The notes beneath the pieces were generated by a model. It did no database searches and was not told the origin of the DNA. It saw only the letters and a program-made list of their open reading frames with translations. Positions 9,028 to 16,848 of a stretch of 33,766 nt of DNA are shown piece after piece (positions within the stretch are counted from its first letter, which is position 1; every line of letters starts with the position of its first letter). The stretch spans positions 1 to 33,766 of the forward strand of contig CAZQDQ010000002.1 of NCBI GenBank assembly GCA_964592455.1. Reading direction: 5' to 3'. The stretch comes from an uncultured Pseudomonadales bacterium (GTDB lineage Bacteria; Patescibacteriota; Microgenomatia; UBA1400; MFAQ01). Both the position numbers and the translations under genes were made by a program.

Positions 9028-9045
9028 GCAAGCTATAATTACCTC

Positions 9046-9498
9046 ATGCAAAAAACTTTGGTTTGGTTCAGTATTTCCGCTGCTGTGTTTGTTGGTCTGG
9101 TTTACTACAACGCCAAACTAGCCCAAAAAAACCTCTCTCAAGGCACACCCAGTAAACTTGCCATAAGTATTCTGGAACTTCCCAGCCAGGCCAAGGTCGG
9201 TGAAAGGGTGAGTATTAGTTGGGAGGTCGAAGCTCCAGCTGATTTTCAAACGACCGACACAACCATTTTCTATTCACCGGTATCCACTCCAAGTGCTGTC
9301 ACCAAATCAGACTCGCCAGAAGCAGTTGGCTATCAATCTTCACTTTCAGATTATCGCCAAGGTAGTTTTTACCTCCCTTTTACTTTCGATGGGAGTATCA
9401 CTTTCCAAAAACCAGGTACTTATTTCTTACGCGCTTACTCTTTGGTAAGAGGTAACCATCTTTGGACAGACGAAAAACAAATAACTATCAGCAAATGA
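9046..9498 (+). CDS. Hypothetical membrane-anchored protein (predicted beta-rich ectodomain)
   Basis: 150-aa ORF with an N-terminal TM helix (WFSISAAVFVGLVYY). TATAAT (9034-9039) lies 6 nt upstream of the ATG. No family recognised. Confidence 0.65.
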   Translation: MQKTLVWFSISAAVFVGLVYYNAKLAQKNLSQGTPSKLAISILELPSQAKVGERVSISWEVEAPADFQTTDTTIFYSPVSTPSAVTKSDSPEAVGYQSSLSDYRQGSFYLPFTFDGSITFQKPGTYFLRAYSLVRGNHLWTDEKQITISK

Positions 9499-9596
9499 GT
9501 CAAAAAAAATTTTCCACCAGTCTCTTTTTTTTAGTTCTTATCCTCACTGTTGTCGCTACTTTTTTAATAGGAGTTAGGCTTTTAAAAACGAATTAG
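9495..9596 (+). CDS. Possible 33-aa single-TM micro-protein
   Basis: There is an ATGA start/stop overlap with the preceding gene. The translation is MSQKKFSTSLFFLVLILTVVATFLIGVRLLKTN, one clear hydrophobic helix. It is below the ORF-track size cut-off and has no other support. Confidence 0.3.
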   Translation: MSQKKFSTSLFFLVLILTVVATFLIGVRLLKTN

Positions 9597-9622
9597 CAAT
9601 TTAGGTGCTCATCTGCTAAAAT
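9593..9622 (+). promoter_or_regulatory. Candidate promoter for lon
   Basis: TTAGCA (9593-9598), an 18-nt spacer, then TAAAAT (9617-9622). The ATG follows 9 nt downstream. No Shine-Dalgarno is present. Confidence 0.4.
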
Positions 9623-9631
9623 CAAAAAACT

Positions 9632-11995
9632 ATGGAAGAAAACTCATCAAGTTCAGATATTCAAAAGACTCAACTAGTACCATTTATAGGTCTCAAAGAG
9701 GGCGTAATATTCCCAGAAACAGACGCTGTCCTTACCTTTGGTAGGCCATCATCAATAGGATCAGTAACAGAAGCCTACAACAACAATCAAGAGGTTTGTT
9801 TTGTTTCTCAAAAGGATCCAAAATCAACAGGTCAATCTTCACAGGATTTTTACTCCACCGGTACAGTTTGCCGTATCGCTAAAACTCTTCCTGTAAATGA
9901 CGAACTTCACGCTATTGTTCACGGATTATTCAAAGTAAAAATCAAGGAGGTTGTCCAAAGAGATGGTCAAATGTGGGCAGTAGTTGAAAGTATCGAAGAC
10001 GATTTTACGACTACTAACAACACAATTGCTCTTTCTAACAGGGCTGTTGCCCTTATAAAAAGAGTTACTGAGCTCGGCAAAAATAACGTCGAACCAGGTG
10101 TAATAAACAAAATAATTAACAGTACTGACCCAGTTATCGTCTCTTATCAAATTGCTGCTACTTTAGACATAAAAAATGAGGAAAAACAAAAACTATTAGA
10201 AGACAATGGTTTAGAGAGTAGATTATCAAAGATTGGGGATCATTTAAACGAAGAAATCAAAATACTGGAACTAGAGCGGAAGATAGAAAATAAAACCCAA
10301 AAAAAGTTTGACGATAATATGAAAGAAGCCATTTTGCGCGAGCGCATGAAGGCTATTCAAAAAGAATTGGGAGAAAATGGCGAAGAAGAAGAGACAAAGG
10401 ACTTAAAAAATAAGTTCAAAAAAATAAAGCTTCCAAAGGAGGCTGCAGCCAAGGTAAAAAAGGAACTAGACAAGCTAGGCAAGCTTTCGGTTCACAACCC
10501 AGAGGCGTCTTACATTAGAAGTTGGATAGAAACAGTCTTGGACTTGCCTTGGGGAAAATATTCTACAAAAAAGTACTCGCTAGAAAAAGCTGAAAAAATT
10601 TTAAATGAAGATCACTACGGTTTAGAAAAAGTCAAAGAAAGAATTTTGGAATATATTTCCGTTCTCAAACTAAAGTCAGAACAAACAAAATCTACAAAAA
10701 AGCATAGCGTCAACCCACCCACTATTTTGTGTTTTGTCGGTCCTCCTGGCGTCGGCAAAACCTCAGTCGGCCGTTCTATTGCCAAAGCTATTGGTCGCAA
10801 GTTTGTCAAAATGTCACTTGGTGGCGTACGAGACGAGGCCGAAATTAGGGGACACAGAAGAACATATGTTGGAGCTCTGCCTGGTCGCATAATTCAATCA
10901 ATTAAAGACGCCAAATCCAGCAATCCAGTTTTTATGTTGGACGAAATAGATAAATTAGGTAACGACTTTAGAGGAGACCCAAGCTCTGCTCTATTAGAAG
11001 CCCTAGATCCAGAACAAAATAACGCCTTTCAAGATCACTACTTGGACATACCCTTTGACTTATCTCAAGTGCTTTTTATTACCACCGCCAATGTCTTAGA
11101 TACGATTCCTTCCGCTTTAAGAGATCGTTTAGAGGTTATAGAGTTTACTGGTTACACTGAAGAAGAAAAATTCTACATCGCCAAAAAATACCTACTCAAA
11201 AAACAGTCAAGTAACAACGGATTAGAACAAAAAGATGTTTCACTAAGCGACAAAATTCTAAAACACGTCGTCCGGTTCTACACAAGAGAGGCAGGAGTCA
11301 GAAATCTCGAAAGGCAGGTTGCCTCACTAATGCGCAAAGTTGCTAAGCTCAAAGCCACGGGAGAAAAAATGCCCATCAGTATCTCCAAAGAAAAAGTGAA
11401 TAAGTTCTTAGGCCCAATTATTTTTAGTCACACCTTGGCAGAAGATAGTGACCAAATTGGTTTAGTTACAGGTCTAGCTTACACTAAAGTTGGTGGAGAT
11501 ATCTTGTTTATCGAAGTTGCCAACATGGTAGGTGCTGGCAAAATAACCCTTACTGGTCAGCTTGGAGATGTTATGAAAGAGTCAGCCAAAGCTGCCTACA
11601 CTTATGTCCGTTCTCACGCAGATCAATTAGGTATAAAGGCCGACAAGGTAGCCAAAACCGATATTCATATCCATGTCCCAGAGGGCGCAGTTCCCAAAGA
11701 CGGACCTAGTGCTGGTTTAGCCATGACTACCGCACTCATTTCCTCCTTTATCAAAAAAGCAGTTCCCAAAGACTTAGCTATGACAGGCGAAGTTACTCTT
11801 CGTGGTCGTGCTTTGGAGATAGGTGGTGTTAGGGAAAAAGTAGTCGCTGCCCACAGAGCTGGTATCAAACAGGTTATTTTGCCAGCAGACAACGAAAAAA
11901 ATCTGGTAGATATACCAGAAAATGTCAAAAAAGACCTCAAATTTCACTTTGTTCGCAACATGGACGAAGTCGTCAAGGTGGTCTTCGGCAAATAA
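9632..11995 (+). CDS. lon: ATP-dependent Lon protease (endopeptidase La)
   Basis: 787 aa with a LON N-domain. Walker A is GPPGVGKTS and Walker B is VFMLDEIDK. The protease domain shows PKDGPSAG (catalytic Ser) and GGVREKVVAAHRAG (catalytic Lys). Confidence 0.96.
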   Translation: MEENSSSSDIQKTQLVPFIGLKEGVIFPETDAVLTFGRPSSIGSVTEAYNNNQEVCFVSQKDPKSTGQSSQDFYSTGTVCRIAKTLPVNDELHAIVHGLFKVKIKEVVQRDGQMWAVVESIEDDFTTTNNTIALSNRAVALIKRVTELGKNNVEPGVINKIINSTDPVIVSYQIAATLDIKNEEKQKLLEDNGLESRLSKIGDHLNEEIKILELERKIENKTQKKFDDNMKEAILRERMKAIQKELGENGEEEETKDLKNKFKKIKLPKEAAAKVKKELDKLGKLSVHNPEASYIRSWIETVLDLPWGKYSTKKYSLEKAEKILNEDHYGLEKVKERILEYISVLKLKSEQTKSTKKHSVNPPTILCFVGPPGVGKTSVGRSIAKAIGRKFVKMSLGGVRDEAEIRGHRRTYVGALPGRIIQSIKDAKSSNPVFMLDEIDKLGNDFRGDPSSALLEALDPEQNNAFQDHYLDIPFDLSQVLFITTANVLDTIPSALRDRLEVIEFTGYTEEEKFYIAKKYLLKKQSSNNGLEQKDVSLSDKILKHVVRFYTREAGVRNLERQVASLMRKVAKLKATGEKMPISISKEKVNKFLGPIIFSHTLAEDSDQIGLVTGLAYTKVGGDILFIEVANMVGAGKITLTGQLGDVMKESAKAAYTYVRSHADQLGIKADKVAKTDIHIHVPEGAVPKDGPSAGLAMTTALISSFIKKAVPKDLAMTGEVTLRGRALEIGGVREKVVAAHRAGIKQVILPADNEKNLVDIPENVKKDLKFHFVRNMDEVVKVVFGK

Positions 11996-11996
11996 A

Positions 11997-12026
11997 TTGA
12001 CAAAGCAGTTAAGTAACCAATATAAT
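11997..12026 (+). promoter_or_regulatory. Near-consensus sigma70-type promoter
   Basis: TTGACA (11997-12002), an 18-nt spacer, then TATAAT (12021-12026). A leader with the SD AAGGAG follows, upstream of the GTG at 12059. Confidence 0.6.
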
Positions 12027-12058
12027 CGCCAAAAAGAAACTTAAAAGGAGCCTACATC

Positions 12059-12490
12059 GTGCACACCTTGGTTAGAAGAGTAATAGTTTGTGGCTCCTGT
12101 GGTGGCCACATTACACTTTACGACATTAAGTGTCCATACTGTGGCAACACACTCGAGCCACTAGGGGATACGCGCCATGTTTTGCCTCATTCCATAGAAA
12201 GTCCTTACGCAGTAAGCGATGCCCAAGCTATCAAACCACATCTTGAAGAATTAGAGCGGTTTCAATCATTTCGACCAGTTGATGTCGACGATCTATATAA
12301 GGCCATCGACCCGCTCAGGCACCACCAGTATCCATATAGAGAATATATTATTGATACTTTATCACTAATCGTTCATTTTAGAAGCATTTGCACCGATTAT
12401 CACGGTAAAGATACAAGAGATATCTACTTAGAAATTTATAAACGAGTTGAGGCAATTTATCACAGTTTAACCGGAACCTCTGTTTATTAA
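12059..12490 (+). CDS. Hypothetical protein with N-terminal zinc ribbon
   Basis: The zinc ribbon reads CGSCGGHITLYDIKCPYCGN (CxxC-x11-CxxC). It has a GTG start with a good SD. No family recognised. Confidence 0.6.
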   Translation: MHTLVRRVIVCGSCGGHITLYDIKCPYCGNTLEPLGDTRHVLPHSIESPYAVSDAQAIKPHLEELERFQSFRPVDVDDLYKAIDPLRHHQYPYREYIIDTLSLIVHFRSICTDYHGKDTRDIYLEIYKRVEAIYHSLTGTSVY

Positions 12491-12504
12491 GCAGAGGTTT
12501 TTTT
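12477..12504 (+). terminator. Intrinsic terminator embedded in the 3' end of the convergent lgt gene
   Basis: Stem CCTCTG (12477-12482), loop TTTATTAAG, stem CAGAGG (12492-12497), then T7 (12498-12504). The loop contains the overlapping stop codons of both convergent genes, TTAA at 12487-12490. Confidence 0.7.
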
Positions 12505-13200
12505 GTTTCCAAAAATCAATATGATACCAACAACTATAGATGCCACTCCAAACCAAATAGCTACCGGCAATCCACCCGCCTTCCAAATTATTTCCTCAGC
12601 TCTAAAATTTTCTAAAAAGATTCTTATTACTCCATATCCAATCAAATAGCTTCCGGTAATTATTCCCGCTTGCCCCGCGTAGCCTTGGCGTAGTGGGGTC
12701 ATTCCAGTGCCTGTCCGGAATCCAGAAATATAAAGCAAAACTCCAAACAACACCAAATTTAATCCACCCTCCCAAGCAAAAAGTGGTTCACCATTTTTGC
12801 CGTACAACTCCTTGTTGATGAAATTTCCTACCCTGCCAACTGCCTGTGCTAGTGGTAATCCAAGGGTGATACTGTCAGACAAATCAAAAAAATCAACCTT
12901 ATTTCTTTTAGAAAAATAAAGTAAATAAGCCAGCCCGCCCACTATTGCTCCCCAAATCCCCAGACCACCATTCCACAAATAAAATATCTTCATCAAGTCA
13001 GTGCTGTAATACTCCCACAAATCTATTACGTGATAAATCCTGGCCCCAACAACTCCCCAAAAAATAGTCCCCAGCGCAACCCTCTCAATTATCTGCTGTT
13101 TTACTTTTCCGTGGCGCAATGCTACTTCCCAAGCCAACCAAATGCCAACACCAATCATCAAACCATATCCGTAAAGTTTTAACCCAAACAAGTCAATCAC
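12487..13200 (-). CDS. lgt: Prolipoprotein diacylglyceryl transferase
   Basis: Polytopic membrane protein carrying the Lgt signature GRVGNFINKELYG and the LIGYGVIRIFLENFR motif. There is a 4-nt overlap with upstream proS. Confidence 0.9.
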   Translation of the reverse strand: MIDLFGLKLYGYGLMIGVGIWLAWEVALRHGKVKQQIIERVALGTIFWGVVGARIYHVIDLWEYYSTDLMKIFYLWNGGLGIWGAIVGGLAYLLYFSKRNKVDFFDLSDSITLGLPLAQAVGRVGNFINKELYGKNGEPLFAWEGGLNLVLFGVLLYISGFRTGTGMTPLRQGYAGQAGIITGSYLIGYGVIRIFLENFRAEEIIWKAGGLPVAIWFGVASIVVGIILIFGNKKTSA

Positions 13201-14432
13201 TTCTTAAAATAATCGATAAATTTCTCCAAACTCATTACTTCCACCTCACCGGTGTTTCGAAGTTTCATCTCTACCCCGCCACTTGCCAGGCTTTTTTCCG
13301 TCACGGCCATCCTAAATGGGCAGCCAATCAAGTCAGCATCGGCAAACTTTTGCCCCAAACTAATTTCCCTGTCATCCCAAATTGTTTCGATTCCGACCGT
13401 GTTAAGTTTTTTATAAATTTCTTCTGCCCTTTCTTCCTGTTTTAAGTTAACAAGATGAACCACAAAGGGAGCAACTTCACTAGGCCAAACAATACCTTTA
13501 TCATCATTAAACTTCTCTACTATCACTCCCATCGTTCTACTTATACCTATTCCATAGCATCCCATTATCGGGTAAATCATCTCGCCTTTGTCGTTAGCTA
13601 CTTTTAAGTCAAACGCCTTGGAGTATTTTTGTCCCAGGTCAAAGACGTTTCCTACTTCTGCAGCCAAGGATGGTTTTAATTTGCCCTTTTTGCACTTAGG
13701 GCAAGTGTCATCCTTTTTGTACGCAGTCAAGTCATCTACGTTGGCGCAAAACTCGCAACTTTCACAATACAAAATATTTGCCTCACCAGCATCAGTCAAG
13801 ACCTCAAATTCATAGGAAATTTTTTCACTAAAAGACCCTCCAGAGGCCTCTGTTACCTTGGCGGTTAGCCCCATTCGCTCATATACTTTCAAGTAGGCCT
13901 TTTTGGCTATTTCATAAAACATATCAAAGTCAGCCTGGTCCATGTGAAACGAATACATATCTTTCATCAAAAACTCTCTACCTCGCAATATTCCAGACTT
14001 AGACCGAAGCTCATCTCGAAACTTCCACTGGATGTGATAGGGTGCTCTGGGAAGATCTCGGTAAGATTTTATAAACTCTTTCATGGTAGGAGTAACCACT
14101 TCTTCTTGCGACTGTCCCAGTGCATAGTCTCTGTCAGTTCTACTTTTCAATTTAAACAAAACATCTATCGAGTCCCAACCGCCAGTTTTTTTCCAAATTT
14201 CTGCCGGGTGCAAAATAGGCATCAATACTTCTTCACCGCCAATAGCATCCATTTCTTCACGGACAATCTTTTCAATTTTACGCAAAACTCTCAATCCTAG
14301 CGGTAAATAGGTATAAACACCTGCCATCAATTGCCTTACAAATCCAGCCTGCACCAGTAACTTATGATTTATAGTGTCCGCGTTAGCTGGTGGTTGTTTT
14401 TCTGGTGTGCTCACCAGTCTACTCATTTTCAT
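13197..14432 (-). CDS. proS: Proline--tRNA ligase, minimal form lacking the INS editing domain
   Basis: The N-terminus is typical of bacterial ProRS (HKLLVQAGFVRQLMAGVYTYLPLG). Motif 2 is FRDELRSKSGILRGREFLMKDMYSF and motif 3 is GCYGIGISR. The protein is only 411 aa. A Cys cluster CESCEFC...CPKC occupies the position where INS normally sits. Confidence 0.9.
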   Translation of the reverse strand: MKMSRLVSTPEKQPPANADTINHKLLVQAGFVRQLMAGVYTYLPLGLRVLRKIEKIVREEMDAIGGEEVLMPILHPAEIWKKTGGWDSIDVLFKLKSRTDRDYALGQSQEEVVTPTMKEFIKSYRDLPRAPYHIQWKFRDELRSKSGILRGREFLMKDMYSFHMDQADFDMFYEIAKKAYLKVYERMGLTAKVTEASGGSFSEKISYEFEVLTDAGEANILYCESCEFCANVDDLTAYKKDDTCPKCKKGKLKPSLAAEVGNVFDLGQKYSKAFDLKVANDKGEMIYPIMGCYGIGISRTMGVIVEKFNDDKGIVWPSEVAPFVVHLVNLKQEERAEEIYKKLNTVGIETIWDDREISLGQKFADADLIGCPFRMAVTEKSLASGGVEMKLRNTGEVEVMSLEKFIDYFKK

Positions 14433-14449
14433 AACGCTATTTTACTTTA

Positions 14450-15229
14450 TTAATGCGAATTTGAACTAATAACTCCTATAGACAGTCCTAACACAAATAC
14501 AAGCAACCACACAAATTTATTTTTTCTTGTTTGTTTAGACATTTCTTCGTGCATTTCCGGAACCAAGTCAGCCAAGGCAATAAAAATAAACATCCCGGCA
14601 GTTATCGCCAACAACGCACTTTCGTGGGCTTCAACAAAATCACCAAAAGCAAACGTACTAAGGCCGCCAACTACGGCTATCAAACTAGACAACGAGTTTA
14701 AAGCGAGCGTTTTAAAGTTTGAATACCCCGCGCGTAAGTAAATCATAAAGTCCGCCATTTCTTTCGGCAGTTCGTGAAGAGCAACAGCAATAGCCGTAGC
14801 AATGCCAGCTTCTTTGCTCACCAAAAAAGTTGCGCCCACCGCAAATCCGTCAATAAAGTTGTGTATCATGTCCCCAAAAAGTATTCCCAAGATACTTTTA
14901 TGTTTTCCATGGTCTCCATCGTGGTGATGAAACCACAAGCCCGACTTCTCTAAAAGAAAAACGAACAGGACCCCAACCAAAACGAAATAACTAATCTGTT
15001 TTGGGTCACTCCCATGCTCAAAAGACTCAGCCAAAAGGTCTAGCAAACCAACAGAAATAAGCACTCCAGCCGCAAAACTAGTTAGTTTCTCCGAGATTGC
15101 CACTGACTTCTCCTTCAAAAGAATAATTAAGCTTGCCCCAATCAGAGAAGCTACTCCTCCAGCAAGACATAAACCAATAAGTTGAAACGTATCACTCATA
15201 AGGCTATTATAAACATGTAACATGCCCAA
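14450..15229 (-). CDS. ZIP-family divalent metal transporter (ZupT-like)
   Basis: Motifs HNFIDGFAVG and HELPKEMADF, with a His-rich loop HHHDGDHGKH. The start is uncertain: TTG at 15229, ATG at 15223 or ATG at 15199. Confidence 0.85.
   Translation of the reverse strand: MGMLHVYNSLMSDTFQLIGLCLAGGVASLIGASLIILLKEKSVAISEKLTSFAAGVLISVGLLDLLAESFEHGSDPKQISYFVLVGVLFVFLLEKSGLWFHHHDGDHGKHKSILGILFGDMIHNFIDGFAVGATFLVSKEAGIATAIAVALHELPKEMADFMIYLRAGYSNFKTLALNSLSSLIAVVGGLSTFAFGDFVEAHESALLAITAGMFIFIALADLVPEMHEEMSKQTRKNKFVWLLVFVLGLSIGVISSNSH
15182..15210 (+). promoter_or_regulatory. Candidate promoter for the ATP-cone nuclease gene, inside the 5' end of the divergent ZIP gene
   Basis: TTGAAA (15182-15187), a 17-nt spacer, then TATTAT (15205-15210). 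The ATG follows 11 nt downstream. Confidence 0.4.
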
Positions 15230-16079
15230 AAATAATCATTTAATTATCAAGTCCACCGGAGATCAGGAAGTATTTAGCGAGGAGAAGCTCAATAAGCACC
15301 TATTAAACAATGGAGTTGAACCAGAATTAGCCAAGTCAGCTATCGAAAACTTGGAAAGTGATTTTGCCAACATCCACAGTACCGACGATATTCACCAACA
15401 TGTTTCAGAATACTTAAAACAGCAAGGTGCCACTGAAAGCTACTTTAATTACAGTCTAAGAAGAGCTGTTAATCTCCTCGGACCATCAGGTCATCCATTT
15501 GAACATCTTGTTAGTGAAGTTTTGGAGACAAATGGTTATCGAACCGAAGTTGGTGTTGTTGCTCTTGGTAGGTGTGTCACACACGAGATAGATGTCATGG
15601 CAGGAAAAGATAGTCATCAATTTCTAATCGAGTGTAAATTTCACAATGCCACTGGTACAAAAACCGATATTCAGGTAGCTTTATATACCTACGCTAGGTA
15701 CTTAGATGTTAAACACGCCTTCGAGCAGACTCATGGTAAAGAAAAAGAATATCTGCCCTGGCTAGTTACCAACACCAAGGTCACTTCCGAAGTCTTTGAC
15801 TATGCCGATTGTGTTGGTCTCAAGGTCACTGCCTGGTACTACCCCGAAGGTGAGGGGCTGCGCGATATGATTATCAGCTCTGGCCTTCACCCTGTAACCT
15901 TGCTTTACCATGTTTCTACCAAAAAAATTACCGAGTTAATTGACCGCAACATTGTTACTCTCAGTAGCCTCAAAAAAGCCATCAAAATGCATACTGTTGA
16001 TGATCTGCTCACCGACAAAGAAATAGATCATATCCTAAAAGACATTAATTCTTTAACTAAAAATGAATCTTATAACTAG
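15222..16079 (+). CDS. ATP-cone domain fused to a PD-(D/E)xK (Mrr-like restriction endonuclease) domain
   Basis: The N-terminal region LIIKSTGDQEVFSEEKLNKHL...IHQHVSEYLKQQG fits the ATP-cone pattern. The C-terminal region FEHLVSEVLETNGYRTEVGV...HEIDVMAGKDSHQFLIECKFHN fits the E...D...ExK nuclease core. Confidence 0.75.
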   Translation: MPKNNHLIIKSTGDQEVFSEEKLNKHLLNNGVEPELAKSAIENLESDFANIHSTDDIHQHVSEYLKQQGATESYFNYSLRRAVNLLGPSGHPFEHLVSEVLETNGYRTEVGVVALGRCVTHEIDVMAGKDSHQFLIECKFHNATGTKTDIQVALYTYARYLDVKHAFEQTHGKEKEYLPWLVTNTKVTSEVFDYADCVGLKVTAWYYPEGEGLRDMIISSGLHPVTLLYHVSTKKITELIDRNIVTLSSLKKAIKMHTVDDLLTDKEIDHILKDINSLTKNESYN

Positions 16080-16428
16080 AACTTTAATTCTCATTTTGGC
16101 AGGCTTTGGTGTCTATAAAATGTTTCCACAGGTTGCGGCCCCGGTTGATCACTATGTAAAGAACCCTAAATTCCAAGAAGGTGTAATCCTACCGGCTATT
16201 CAAACCGCAAACACTATTTTGCCAAGCAAACTTCAAATCCCAAAACCAGATGTTTTGGGGGCACAGACTAGTACCTATGCTGAGTCACCGCTTAAAACAA
16301 TAACTGATGAGGTGGGTAAAAAAGTCGCCAGCGCAGCAGCAGATCAGGTAGTGGTTATCAAAAATGCCGCCCAAAACCAAGTCTGTCAAGCACTTCTTCA
16401 AAAACTCCAATCCGAATGCGGCCAGTAA
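16063..16428 (+). CDS. Hypothetical membrane-anchored protein
   Basis: 121-aa ORF with an N-terminal TM helix (LILILAGFGVY). It overlaps the upstream gene by 17 nt. Confidence 0.55.
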   Translation: MNLITRTLILILAGFGVYKMFPQVAAPVDHYVKNPKFQEGVILPAIQTANTILPSKLQIPKPDVLGAQTSTYAESPLKTITDEVGKKVASAAADQVVVIKNAAQNQVCQALLQKLQSECGQ

Positions 16429-16439
16429 AACATTGCGTC

Positions 16440-16475
16440 ATTGCGCGATTCCGCCAACGGCGGAAACAAAGCAAT
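16440..16475. terminator. GC-rich hairpin between convergent genes (possible bidirectional terminator)
   Basis: Inner stem TTCCGCC-AAC-GGCGGAA (16449-16465), extended by ATTGC...GCAAT (16440-16444 and 16471-16475). It has no adjacent U-run, so the assignment is tentative. Confidence 0.4.
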
Positions 16476-16529
16476 CCATCTGAAAAATTTACAAAAAAAA
16501 TCTGAAAACTGAGATCTGCAGTCTGAAAT

Positions 16530-16826
16530 CTAAAGCAGTGTCACTCCAATCATATCCAGTTTTGGTAAATAACGCTTTATTTCATTTCTAAATTTCTCCG
16601 ATAAGTTTGCCGAGTAAGTCGCATTGGCCGTATTTTCCATCTTGCCACACAATCTATTTTCGTAGTCTCTCACAATTTCCATTATTTTAGCGCCTTCCCG
16701 ATTAAACTCTTCTTGCCAGCTTCTAGGGTCTATCTCGTATTTGTCATGAAGCTCCTGAAATTTGTCAAATTCCTTTTCATATTTACTAACCATTTCCTTA
16801 AAAGTTTCCATATATTTTGTTGCCAT
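16530..16826 (-). CDS. Hypothetical protein (helical, Glu/Lys-rich)
   Basis: 98-aa ORF. No family recognised. Confidence 0.55.
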   Translation of the reverse strand: MATKYMETFKEMVSKYEKEFDKFQELHDKYEIDPRSWQEEFNREGAKIMEIVRDYENRLCGKMENTANATYSANLSEKFRNEIKRYLPKLDMIGVTLL

Positions 16827-16848
16827 AAAAAATATAGTACACTACCTC

